Shown: positions 10,308 to 19,177 of the stretch, in pieces
Layout: every line of letters starts with the position of its first letter
How positions within the stretch are numbered: the stretch's first letter is position 1
Assembly: GCA_021325635.1 (NCBI GenBank)
Contig: JAJPGV010000056.1
Location: forward strand, 67,037-131,036
Source of the DNA: Chloroflexota bacterium
GTDB taxonomy: Bacteria; Chloroflexota; JAJPGV01
Length of the DNA: 64,000 bases
Reading direction: 5' to 3'
The notes under the pieces: model-generated
The model's input: only the letters and a program-made list of their open reading frames with translations
The model's database searches: none
What the model was told of the DNA's origin: nothing
Program-made: the position numbers and the translations under genes

Positions 10308-10381
10308 GGCGCATTCGTCTAGCGGCCTAGGACGCAGCCCTCTCAAGGCTGAGATCACCGGTTCGAATCCGGTATGCGCTA
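10308..10381 (+). tRNA. tRNA-Glu (anticodon CUC)
   Basis: Cloverleaf folded by hand: acceptor 10308-10314/10374-10380 (G1-U72 wobble then 6 Watson-Crick pairs), D arm gtct/ggac, anticodon stem cagcc/ggctg with loop cuCUCaa (U33, anticodon CUC, A37), 5-nt variable loop, T arm accgg-ttcgaat-ccggt (TTCGAAT), discriminator A; body matches the conserved TCGTCTAGCGGCCTAGGACGC...GCCCTCTCAAGGC tRNA-Glu pattern. CCA not encoded. Coordinates counted by hand, +/-2. Confidence 0.8.
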
Positions 10382-10769
10382 CTAGTTTTTTGAGCGTGAA
10401 AACTCACTTATAGTCAAGTGAGTCACCCGTTTAGTCACCCGGCCCGTCAAATTGGGCGTCGCACATCGTCATCCGAGCACAGACGGTCAGACGTTCGAGC
10501 TCTGCGTGGAGCCGCTGACTGCGTGGCACACACCGCCTTTGGGTTCGGAAAGAGCTTTCAGAGGGAAGGCAGGCCCGGCTCCACCGTGCTGGTTTTTTTT
10601 GCTGTCCACCAGCAGTCGAGCGGAGTTAGGGGGCGGCGCGGCAGCAGCAGCAGTAGGGCAGCAGCAATCGTCGCTCCTCGTTGTTGTTGTTCTGTGAATG
10701 GCGGCGAGGGGTGAGCCTGCGCGAGGTCCGCAGGCCCTGCCCGGCCGGGGACCCTCTGGAAGCCGTCAA

Positions 10770-11351
10770 TCACGCTTCCATGGACGGGAAGTCCTGCCGC
10801 GTGAGTGGACGGTTGAGCGGAAAGCCCTCGCCAATGAGGTCGACGCTCCCTCCATCTCGGAGAAAGATGACGTCTGTCACACCGGGGAACTGAGTGACTG
10901 TGTAGACCACCTGGGCCAGCCGCAGGAGAGTCCCCGTCGCTCCGCCCGGAGCGAAGAAGGGCTCGTTCAAGCTGACCCTGGCGGTTCTGGCGGAAATGAC
11001 AATGTCCTGCAGGCGAGCGGCATCCGGGATCTCGGTGGAATGTCCAGCATCCGGGGGGCCGTTGAATAGTTGCTCCAGCGCCTGCCGTGCCGGGGCAGCG
11101 CTTGACACCTGGGAGGGCACCACCGACAGTTGGCCAGCCGCCGTGAAATAGAGGACGGCGGCCTGTATGGTCTTCGTCGGCTCGCCCGTCGGTGATGCCG
11201 CGACGGCACCGGCACTTGTGCCTGCTGACGAGGGCGGAGGTGCGCCTCCGCTGTCACGAAACCCCTTTCCGCCATCGTCCCACGAGGACGCTTGAGCGCA
11301 GCCTGCCAGGAGCACGCATATGGCAAAGCCACTGAGCCAGCGGGGTGTCAT
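10770..11351 (-). CDS. GerMN-domain lipoprotein (sporulation/germination-associated domain)
   Basis: 193 aa; lipobox LLAGC after the signal peptide; C-terminal region resembles GerMN domains; translationally coupled (ATGA overlap) to the upstream amidase gene. Confidence 0.65.
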   Translation of the reverse strand: MTPRWLSGFAICVLLAGCAQASSWDDGGKGFRDSGGAPPPSSAGTSAGAVAASPTGEPTKTIQAAVLYFTAAGQLSVVPSQVSSAAPARQALEQLFNGPPDAGHSTEIPDAARLQDIVISARTARVSLNEPFFAPGGATGTLLRLAQVVYTVTQFPGVTDVIFLRDGGSVDLIGEGFPLNRPLTRQDFPSMEA

Positions 11352-13231
11352 CCCAGCTTGAGAGTCTGGCCAGCCTGGATGGCGTCGGGCGCCGCCAGGT
11401 GGTTCAGGGCGACCAGTGTCTCGATGGACACACCGACGCGGGCGGCCAGGGCCGATAAGGTGTCGCCCGCGCCGACCGTAATGCTTGTCGGGTTCGGGGC
11501 GGTAGCCGGCCGTGCGACGGCCGGCGAGCCAGCCGTTGGCAGAGCGAGCTTCTGACCGACCTTCAAGAGCCCATCCAGGGACAGATGATTCACCGCTGTC
11601 AACTCAGAAACAGTGACGCCAGACCGGGCGGCGATGCCCGACAGCGTGTCGCCTGGGGCGATGGTCACGGTGGTGGCCACGGATGGAGAGGCGGTCGAGC
11701 CCGCCGTCGTCGAGGATGTCGGCGCTGCTTTGTCAGATGGAATCAGCAGCTTCTGGCCGACCCGAATGGTTCCGTCCGAGCTCAACTGGTTGGCGGCCGT
11801 CAAGTCGGCAACGGATACCCCGACCTTGCCAGCGAGGGCCAACAGCGTGTCTCCGGCGGCGACCACGACGGTGGAGGGTCGCGCGGCTGGCGCGCCGGCC
11901 GCCGCGGCCTCTGCGCTGGCTGGCGTGGCAGTCGGCGCTCCGGAAGGACCGACATCAGCTCGGTCGACATAGGCTACATTGCCGGTTGCGGCAACGCGCA
12001 CGTAGAAGCGCGAGGTGGCACTCGGCGCCAGCACCTGCACATAGCTCCAGACCGGCAATGGCCCGAAGCTGACGCCATCGGACGGCCCCGACCACAGCTG
12101 AGTCGCGCGGAAACTCTGAACCCAGAAGGGTTCGAAGGCGGCTGGCGCTGGCGGCGGTCCACTGGGCCCCACGTTCTTGGCCTCGACGTAGCCCGGACCG
12201 TTGGTCGACGGGTTAAGAACATTCAGAAAGTCACCGTTCTGACCGAGGACCTTCAGGTGCGTGAACGGAGCTAACGTAGAGAATATCTTGGCCTTATCGT
12301 CGGGGCCGGAGAGCAGCGGAGCTGGCACGACGGTTTGCACCCAGCGTTCGGCCAGGGCCTGAGATCGATCGTCTTTGGGTGAGGTGCCCGCGCAGCCCGC
12401 CAGGCCATCCTTAGGAGCTGGCGCGCCGCCAGCGTCGCCGCTATTGAAGAAGCCGTTCAGCCCATCGGCAATGGCGTCTACCAGGAGATGTTGATGGCCG
12501 GGGTCCACCAGCTTGGCGGCGTCGCTCTTATTAGACAAGAAGGCCGTTTCGACCAGAATGGCCGGGACGCCGGGATTGCCCAGCACCCAGAACGCCGCGG
12601 ACTGCGCGCCGTTGTCTCGCTCGTGGGTGCGGGACACGATTGCGGCCTGGACTTTCTGGGCAAGCGAGTAAGACCGACTGACATCCGCTGGCGACAGCTT
12701 CACTCCGCTGTAGAAGCCGCAGACCGGACCGTAGAACGTGGTGGCACCATTCGCATTCGGATCGGCCGCCTCATTCCCGTGGATCGAGACGAAGGCGCTG
12801 GCATGGCTCTGCTGGGCCAGGTTGACCCGCGCCTGCAGATCGGCGTCGACCGTCCCGCTGGGTGCCAGGCTCACGTCACTGTCCCGGGTCATGACCACGC
12901 GTGCACCCTGCGCCTGCAGGACGCCTGCCAGCTGCCGGCCGACGGCCAGGGTGATGCTCTTCTCCTGGACGCCGTTGTCCACCGCACCCGGATCTTTGCC
13001 TCCATGGCCAGGGTCCACGACTATCGTCTTGCCGTTGACCGAGCCGGCAGCAGCAGCCTGCGGAACCATTGCCAGCAAGCTGGCTCCGAGGACGGCCGCG
13101 GTCGCGATGATGCGACTCAGGTAAGACACGTGCACGAGCAGAGACACCGACGAGCTGAACGCACTCGATCCTGCAAAACGAGCCGATGAATGCGCCGTTA
13201 TCGCTTGGCCAAGGCCTTGCTGGTCTTTCAC
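11348..13231 (-). CDS. N-acetylmuramoyl-L-alanine amidase (Amidase_3) with three C-terminal LysM repeats
   Basis: IVVDPGHGGKDPGAV...NE motif set of the CwlD/AmiC-type amidase_3 domain, a central SH3-like region, and three LysM repeats (GDTLxxIA...LxxxNxL...GQxL). True start is probably the internal GTG near 13135 (signal peptide VSYLSRIIATAAVLGASLLAMVPQAAAAGS). Confidence 0.85.
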   Translation of the reverse strand: MKDQQGLGQAITAHSSARFAGSSAFSSSVSLLVHVSYLSRIIATAAVLGASLLAMVPQAAAAGSVNGKTIVVDPGHGGKDPGAVDNGVQEKSITLAVGRQLAGVLQAQGARVVMTRDSDVSLAPSGTVDADLQARVNLAQQSHASAFVSIHGNEAADPNANGATTFYGPVCGFYSGVKLSPADVSRSYSLAQKVQAAIVSRTHERDNGAQSAAFWVLGNPGVPAILVETAFLSNKSDAAKLVDPGHQHLLVDAIADGLNGFFNSGDAGGAPAPKDGLAGCAGTSPKDDRSQALAERWVQTVVPAPLLSGPDDKAKIFSTLAPFTHLKVLGQNGDFLNVLNPSTNGPGYVEAKNVGPSGPPPAPAAFEPFWVQSFRATQLWSGPSDGVSFGPLPVWSYVQVLAPSATSRFYVRVAATGNVAYVDRADVGPSGAPTATPASAEAAAAGAPAARPSTVVVAAGDTLLALAGKVGVSVADLTAANQLSSDGTIRVGQKLLIPSDKAAPTSSTTAGSTASPSVATTVTIAPGDTLSGIAARSGVTVSELTAVNHLSLDGLLKVGQKLALPTAGSPAVARPATAPNPTSITVGAGDTLSALAARVGVSIETLVALNHLAAPDAIQAGQTLKLG

Positions 13232-13300
13232 GAATTTTCATCCTGCGCTTAGCTGCCGGCTCGGAGGAAGTCAAGGTCGCCAGCGCGTCGGAGAGCGGGA

Positions 13301-13612
13301 TTGGAATCCCATAGAGGCGATGAGGCGGCGATGGCCGCAATCACATCTGTGCCCTCAAAACTGCTGGATCTCCAACAGCATCCTGATTACCGCCGCGCGG
13401 TGCCAATGCTGGACCACTTCATCCCCCTCCTCTATCTGGTAGGGCTGGCCGAGGCCGCTTTGGAGACCGCAGAGGTGTTAGTGGATGGCTATGCCTATGG
13501 CTCGCTGTCGATGACGGCCTATACCGTGGGTATGCACTGTGAGTTCGACAGCGTCGCGAAGACCGTCCAAGACCTCCTGCGGCTGGTCCCAGCCGACGCG
13601 ACGAATCTGTAG
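13301..13612 (+). CDS. Hypothetical protein
   Basis: 103-aa ORF with protein-like composition; no family recognised. Confidence 0.3.
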   Translation: MESHRGDEAAMAAITSVPSKLLDLQQHPDYRRAVPMLDHFIPLLYLVGLAEAALETAEVLVDGYAYGSLSMTAYTVGMHCEFDSVAKTVQDLLRLVPADATNL

Positions 13613-13841
13613 CAACCCGCGTGTACATGGCGCGTCGTCGCCTCGGTGAGAGGAGTCCGCGACTTTTGCCGTCAGGGCCGTGCCGCTTGCAGGGTCTCGC
13701 GCCAGTGCCGGGCTAGCCCGGCTACACTTGCCTGACCTGGGAAACCCGCCAGCCGGGGAGCGCTGCGCGGCGCTTCTAGAGGACTCAGGATCGGTAGGAG
13801 TTCGCCGGCATCGTCGTGCCACGGTGGCGCAGTTCTGCTCG

Positions 13842-14147
13842 CTAGCGCATCTCAGAGACGGCAGCCAGCGAACCGAAAGGCCCCTCCTCTGCCCGCCGCA
13901 GCGTGCAGTCGTGTATGCCGAACTCGAGTGAGGTCGTCCCATGATGTCCATGGAGAGTCTCGACCTGCGCTACCGAGCTATAGAACGTAATGGTCGGCGT
14001 CTCGGACAGCCATGTCATGGCCACCCAGCCACTGCTGAAGACGACGCCCTCGGCCACGCAGCCCGTGCCACTGATGCCCGTCGGGTCGTCTCGCCGTACG
14101 AGATGAAAGGCACGGAGTTCGGGAACAGCCCGTTGAGTCGTTCTCAT
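13842..14147 (-). CDS. Hypothetical protein
   Basis: 101-aa ORF (..DPTGISGTGCVAEGVVFSSGWVAMTWLSETPTITFYSSVAQVETLHGHHG..), protein-like composition, directly downstream of the receiver-domain gene. Confidence 0.35.
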   Translation of the reverse strand: MRTTQRAVPELRAFHLVRRDDPTGISGTGCVAEGVVFSSGWVAMTWLSETPTITFYSSVAQVETLHGHHGTTSLEFGIHDCTLRRAEEGPFGSLAAVSEMR

Positions 14148-14160
14148 CGTGCGGCCGCAG

Positions 14161-14541
14161 TCAAGCCCCGGAAAACCGCCAGGAGCAGGTAGTCGGGGTC
14201 GAACCGCTTTCCAGAAAGCTGAACGCGCCGATAGCCCAGGCCTGTTCGGCGACGCGTGCGGCGGCAGTCACCAAGACGACCGGCAGGTCGGAGCCGCACA
14301 TCTGCCGCAGCCGCCGGATGGTGGCGGCGATGTCACCATCCGGCAGCGAGGCATCGCACACGACAGCGCTTGGCCGAGCGTCGTCCGCCAGCGTCAGCGC
14401 TTCACTTCCGTTGGACGCGATGGTCACGTGCAGGCCCTCGGCGCGCAGAATAGTCTCCGCCAGCTGCTGGTCCTCCGGATTCGCGTCCAGCACCATGACT
14501 GGACCGGCGGGTTTCCCGCCAGAGGGTCGATCCCCAGGCAC
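14161..14541 (-). CDS. Single-domain response regulator (CheY-like receiver)
   Basis: VMVLDANPEDQQLAETILRAEGLHVTIASNGSEALTL...VVCDASLPDGDIAATIRRL has the receiver-domain layout (acidic pocket, phosphoacceptor Asp, downstream T/K). No output domain; no kinase adjacent. Confidence 0.7.
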   Translation of the reverse strand: MPGDRPSGGKPAGPVMVLDANPEDQQLAETILRAEGLHVTIASNGSEALTLADDARPSAVVCDASLPDGDIAATIRRLRQMCGSDLPVVLVTAAARVAEQAWAIGAFSFLESGSTPTTCSWRFSGA

Positions 14542-15170
14542 TATGTACTCCCTGATGGTTCAGTGGGTTGAGGTTGCCAGCTATCCAGCAGCCGTTCGGT
14601 CTCGGCGAGCGGATTGCCGCGCTGCTCGTGAAAGGGCGCGCAGGAGCGCTGTACCACGAGTCCATCTGAGATGGCCATGAGCATGGCCGCGGCGTCCGAG
14701 GCTCGCACGTCGCGGCGGATGCTCCCACCGAGCTTGCCCTCGTCGATGACTTTGCGAAAGGTCTCGAGCCGCCGCGCTCGCGCCTCCTCGACCCACGACC
14801 TCAAGGCCGGCACATCATGGGCGCGCGCCCACAGCTCGAGCGACAGGCGGGCCTCGTCCGGCGACTGCTCCGCCAGCAGTCGTTGCAGCCGGCCCAGCGC
14901 CGAACGCAGACGTCGCAGCGCGGGCCCGGAACGCGACAGTTCGGCGAAGACGGTGTCGTTGTACACCGCGACTCGGTCGGCGACCACGGCCAGGAAGAGC
15001 TCTTCCTTGTTCGGGAAGTAGCGGTAGAGCGACCCCACACTCAGCTTGGCCGCGCTGGCGATCTCCGGCATCGCCGTCGCCGCGAAGCCGCCGTGTGCAA
15101 AGCAGGCCGCGGCCGCGTCGAGGATCTGGTCGTGTCGGGCCAGCTCGCGCTGCAAGGTGATTTTCGGCAT
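14541..15170 (-). CDS. TetR family transcriptional regulator
   Basis: MPKITLQRELARHDQILDAAAACFAHGGFAATAMPEIASAAKLSVGSLYRYFPNKEELF is a TetR N-terminal HTH; start set at M46 of the track ORF (15170). Confidence 0.8.
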   Translation of the reverse strand: MPKITLQRELARHDQILDAAAACFAHGGFAATAMPEIASAAKLSVGSLYRYFPNKEELFLAVVADRVAVYNDTVFAELSRSGPALRRLRSALGRLQRLLAEQSPDEARLSLELWARAHDVPALRSWVEEARARRLETFRKVIDEGKLGGSIRRDVRASDAAAMLMAISDGLVVQRSCAPFHEQRGNPLAETERLLDSWQPQPTEPSGST

Positions 15171-15223
15171 AATGAACGTCGGTTCAGTATAATAACGGGC
15201 GAAGTGCCTCCATTTGCACGACT

Positions 15224-15733
15224 GTGCCCTCAATCGCACGGGCATCGCCACTCTCGCGGTCGGCGCCGGCCGCGCTGATGGCTCTTCTGTCAACGCTCCT
15301 GGCACATGTCACGGGGCCGCTGCTGCGCTGGGTCATCGTCGGCGGCATCTTCGAGGTGATCGCGACCCCGCTGCTGTATGTGCTCCATGGTGTCTGGCTG
15401 GTGCCACTGCTGGTCGCCACGTTGCTGGTCGCGGAGCTGACGGCTCTGCCTCGCTTCTTCGTCAACGACCGCTTTGTCTTTGGTCAGCGGCGTCCATCGT
15501 GGCAGCGGCTGTGGCGCTACCACGTGGCCTGTGCGGGCGGCTTTGGTGTGTGGTACACCGTCGCCAATCTTCTTCCACTGCTGGGCCTGCACTACGTCAT
15601 CGCGTCGCTGTGCGCCACCGCGTTTTCGGTCGGCTTCGCGCTGGCGTCCAACTTCGGCTGGATCTGGCGCCGCCGTTCCAGAGGCGAGCCGCACCTGCTG
15701 ACCGCCCCGGAGCTCGCCATCTCTCTCAGCTAG
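15224..15733 (+). CDS. GtrA-family membrane protein
   Basis: Four predicted TM helices with RWVIVGGIFEVIATPLLYVL... and a conserved C-terminal basic tail, typical of GtrA-like proteins; alternative start M19 (15278). Confidence 0.55.
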   Translation: MPSIARASPLSRSAPAALMALLSTLLAHVTGPLLRWVIVGGIFEVIATPLLYVLHGVWLVPLLVATLLVAELTALPRFFVNDRFVFGQRRPSWQRLWRYHVACAGGFGVWYTVANLLPLLGLHYVIASLCATAFSVGFALASNFGWIWRRRSRGEPHLLTAPELAISLS

Positions 15734-15883
15734 CCTGATAGCCCTGGCGCGAACGGACTTACCTCTCACGCTCCGCTCGCTTCCATACTGAACGACCGTT
15801 CAGCATGATCGACACGGCACACATCCTGGGGCACATCATTGTGCGCAATGAGTGCGTAAGACATATACTCGCTGCGACTATAG

Positions 15884-16312
15884 ATGCGATCCGCGTGGAA
15901 GTCGGTGCGACGCGCGTGGGAGCGTGCAACAGCGAGCACCAGCGATGGGACTCCCGGACAATGCTCGCTACGGCTGTCCGCGTCTGGAGGTGGGCACTCT
16001 GCCCACGGGCAACGCGATGCGTGGAAATACCTCCGCTGCTTGGGGTCCGAAGGGCACGAGCTTGGTTTAGGACCAATCCGAATCACGGTCGACCTGCCAG
16101 GCGGCCACTACGACCAGAACGTCCTCAGCGCCGCGCTGCGCTTCGCGGTCACCACGCCCGCACTCGTCAGGATCGTGTTGTCGGGCGACGGTGATCCAGC
16201 TGCGTTTCAAGACGCCTTCCACGGCGCACTGCTGGCAACCTTCAGGAGCCTCGGCCGTCGGCCCCGCAGTATCGAGGTTGTAATCCCATCAGTGGCGCCG
16301 GCCCATGCCTGA
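15884..16312 (+). CDS. Hypothetical protein, possibly translationally coupled to the downstream permease
   Basis: Stop TGA (16310-16312) overlaps the ATG (16305) of the permease ORF; the C-terminal half (GPIRITVDLPGGHYDQNVLSAALRFAVTTPALVRIVLSGDGDPAAFQDAFHGALLATF) looks protein-like; N-terminus and true start are uncertain. Confidence 0.25.
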   Translation: MRSAWKSVRRAWERATASTSDGTPGQCSLRLSASGGGHSAHGQRDAWKYLRCLGSEGHELGLGPIRITVDLPGGHYDQNVLSAALRFAVTTPALVRIVLSGDGDPAAFQDAFHGALLATFRSLGRRPRSIEVVIPSVAPAHA

Positions 16313-18401
16313 GGGCAAGCGGAAGGCACTGCCGGAGGAAAGGTCGTCGAGCGGCGACGAGACGCAGGCACCGGCGCCTAATAACGGAAGCTCATCCCAC
16401 CACCCGGATCGCCAGGAACTCGTGTGGCGAGAGATGCGCCAGGGTTCCCGGCCAGGCAATAACTATGTCCGGATAGCCCGGCACCGGTCGTTCCGCCGCA
16501 CAGGTGAGGGCAACCTGCTGCCCGAACCAGAAGCCGTCGAACCGCGGTCCGGGTCAGCCCGCGTGTTGAGGGGGCTCAAGCGGCTGCTGGTGGGCGCGCC
16601 GCTCGCCTCCGAGCAAGAACTTGAAGAGCGCACCGGCAAGCTGAAGGGGCTCGCCATCTTCGCCTCCGACAACATCTCCTCATCGGCCTACGCATCCGAG
16701 GAGATCATGCGCATCCTGGTGCTCGCCGGTGTGGGGGCGCTGTCCCTTACCCTGCCGCTAACCCTCGCAATCATCGTCATCCTGGCCATCGTCGTCATCA
16801 GCTACCGCCAAGTCCTGTTCGCCTATCCTAAGGGCGGCGGCAGCTACGCCGTGGCGCTCGAGAACCTGGGTCTCATCGCGGGCCTGGTCGCGGCGGCTTC
16901 ACTCTTCACCGACTACTTTCTGACGGTTGCCGTGTCCGTGTCCGCCGGCATTGCCGCGTTGACATCCGCATTTCCCGATCTCTTCGACTACCGCGTCGTG
17001 TTCGCCGTCGGGCTGGTCGTCTTGATGACCGTGGTCAACCTGCGCGGTCTGCGCGAGTCTGGCAACGTGTTCGCTATCCCGACTTACGTATATGCGTGCG
17101 CCATGATCGGCATGGTCCTTTATGGACTCTTCCGGTACCTGACGGGTAACCTGCCGCAGTACAGCGCTCCACCGGAATGGCTGCAGCAGCATGGGACGGC
17201 CCAGGCGCTGTCGATCGTAATCATTCTGCGTGCGTTCGCCTCTGGCTCTGTAGCTCTAACGGGCACAGAGGCTGTCGCGGACGGCGTCGCGGCCTTCAAG
17301 CCACCGGAGGTGCGCAACGCGCAGACAGTGCTGGTCGCTATGGGGACACTGTTCGCCACCATCTTCTTTGGCATCAGCTTCCTGTCGGGCCACATGGGCA
17401 TCATCCCTGACCCCACGGAAGTCGAAACCGTCAACAGCCAACTGAGCCGCACGTTGACCGGAACCGGCTGGTTCTTCTACCTGCTGCAGTTCTCCACCGC
17501 CATCTTGCTCATCCTGGCGGCGAACACGGCGTTTAATGGCTTCCCCCGGCTGGCCAGCATTCTCGCTCAGGACAAGTTCCTGCCGCACCAGTTCCAGTTC
17601 CGCGGCGACCGACTGGCGTACTCCACGGGCATCCTGGCGCTGGCAGGTGTCGCCATACTGGTCGTCATCGCGTTCGGCGGCAGCGTCACGCGACTCATCC
17701 CGCTGTACACGGTGGGCGTGTTCATCGCCTTTACGCTGAGTCAGATCGGCCTGGTGCGGCACTGGACGCGGCTGCGCGATAGGCGCTGGCAACTGCGAGC
17801 CACCATCAATGGCGTCGGCGCCGCCGCGACAGGCGTGGTGGCGGTGATCGTCGCTGCCTCCAAATTTGCGCTGGGCGCCTGGATGGTGCTCGTTCTCATC
17901 CCGATCCTTGTCTTCCTGATGTGGGCCATCAGCAGGCACTATCACGCGGTCGAGCATGCCGGCCGAGCAAACACGCCAGTGTCGCCCGATCAAGTCCACC
18001 CGCGCTGCGTAGTGCCTATCGCGGGAGTTGGACTACCGGCCCGGCAGGCCCTCGCCTTCGCGCTGGCCATAGCCAAACCAGAAAACGTGTCCGCGGTGTT
18101 CGTAGCCGACGATGACGACGCGGCCGAGGCCATGCGCGAGGAGTGGGAAACCGCCGACATCCCGGTGCCGCTGACTGTCATCGAGTCGCCTTACCGATCG
18201 CTGCTGTCGCCCCTGCTGGCCTACATTGACGCTCTCAAGGAGACGCACCCCCAGGAAACGATCGTGGTGGTGCTGGCCGAGTTTGTGCCTCGGCAGTGGT
18301 GGCAGCATCTGCTCCACAATCAGACGGCACTCCGGTTGAAGGCGGCCTTGCTGTTCCGGCCAGGCGTCATCGTATCCAATATTCCCTATCACCTGGCGTA
18401 G
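16305..18401 (+). CDS. APC-superfamily permease (amino acid/cation transporter-like) with a ~150 aa cytoplasmic C-terminal domain
   Basis: KGLAIFASDNISSSAYASEEI... followed by ~12 TM helices typical of the APC fold, then a soluble C-terminal domain (VVPIAGVGLPARQALAFALAIAK...IVVVLAEFVPRQWW). Alternative start M44 (16434). Confidence 0.8.
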   Translation: MPEGKRKALPEERSSSGDETQAPAPNNGSSSHHPDRQELVWREMRQGSRPGNNYVRIARHRSFRRTGEGNLLPEPEAVEPRSGSARVLRGLKRLLVGAPLASEQELEERTGKLKGLAIFASDNISSSAYASEEIMRILVLAGVGALSLTLPLTLAIIVILAIVVISYRQVLFAYPKGGGSYAVALENLGLIAGLVAAASLFTDYFLTVAVSVSAGIAALTSAFPDLFDYRVVFAVGLVVLMTVVNLRGLRESGNVFAIPTYVYACAMIGMVLYGLFRYLTGNLPQYSAPPEWLQQHGTAQALSIVIILRAFASGSVALTGTEAVADGVAAFKPPEVRNAQTVLVAMGTLFATIFFGISFLSGHMGIIPDPTEVETVNSQLSRTLTGTGWFFYLLQFSTAILLILAANTAFNGFPRLASILAQDKFLPHQFQFRGDRLAYSTGILALAGVAILVVIAFGGSVTRLIPLYTVGVFIAFTLSQIGLVRHWTRLRDRRWQLRATINGVGAAATGVVAVIVAASKFALGAWMVLVLIPILVFLMWAISRHYHAVEHAGRANTPVSPDQVHPRCVVPIAGVGLPARQALAFALAIAKPENVSAVFVADDDDAAEAMREEWETADIPVPLTVIESPYRSLLSPLLAYIDALKETHPQETIVVVLAEFVPRQWWQHLLHNQTALRLKAALLFRPGVIVSNIPYHLA

Positions 18402-18419
18402 GTCTGTCACTTGACATCA

Positions 18420-18748
18420 TGTCCCGCACCAGCAGTCCCGAAAACCCTCTGACCGATGGACGCCGGAGAACACGAGCCCGAATGCTCGGTGTCGCCGTTG
18501 CCGCCGGCGGTCTGCTGGGGCTGGCAAGCCTGTATCCCGTTATGCAGGCGCTTGCCCCCAGCCTGCACGATCCAGCGGGTGTGGCGGTGAAGAGCTGCAC
18601 TCCCGGGACGGCTCGGCGACACCTTCAGGTGTGCGAGTATCCCGACGGCTCGCTGCGCTCGTTCGATGCCAGCGTCCAACCCCCTCGCCCGACATCGCTG
18701 CCAGATGAAGACATGCGGCGCATCCTCGCCGGCGACCCGGCTTATTAG
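18420..18748 (+). CDS. Hypothetical small exported/membrane protein
   Basis: 109 aa with one hydrophobic helix (MLGVAVAAGGLLGLASLYPVM) and two Cys; lies just downstream of the permease. Confidence 0.3.
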
Positions 18749-18823
18749 CGGTCCGGCAGCTCATCGGACGGGTAGGACAGGTAAGATTCTGCCCAGGACG
18801 CATGTAGTGCAGATGGGTACAGT

Positions 18824-19177
18824 GTGACCATGCCCGAAGCCGAGCTGACGCCCGCGATGTTCCAGATCATGCTGTCGCTGCTGGACGAGGAACGGCACGG
18901 CTACAGCATCATGCGAGAGATCGCCGAGCGCACGCAGGGCGAAGTCCGGCTCGGCGCCGCGACGCTCTACCGGGCCATCAAGCGGATGGTCGATGCCGGC
19001 CTGATCGTGGAAATCGCCGAACGCCCGGCGCCTGAGCTCGACGATGAACGGCGGCGCTATTACCGTCTGACGGACGTGGGGCAGCAGGTGGCGCGTAGCC
19101 ACGCGCAGCAGCTGCAGCGCCTGCTCGAAAGCGTCTACCGCAAGAGACTGCTGGATGCGCCCGCGATGGCTCGCTAG
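18824..19177 (+). CDS. PadR family transcriptional regulator
   Basis: MFQIMLSLLDEERHGYSIMREIAERTQGEVRLGAATLYRAIKRMVDAGLIV is a PadR winged-helix signature. Confidence 0.8.
   Translation: MTMPEAELTPAMFQIMLSLLDEERHGYSIMREIAERTQGEVRLGAATLYRAIKRMVDAGLIVEIAERPAPELDDERRRYYRLTDVGQQVARSHAQQLQRLLESVYRKRLLDAPAMAR

Noticed and set aside
10390-10770. tmRNA, RNase P RNA or SRP RNA downstream of tRNA-Glu
   Set aside because: None of the diagnostic consensus stretches (tmRNA tag/GGGGCUGA start, RNase P GGAAAGUCCGGGCUCC, SRP GGAAGGAAGCAGC) is present.
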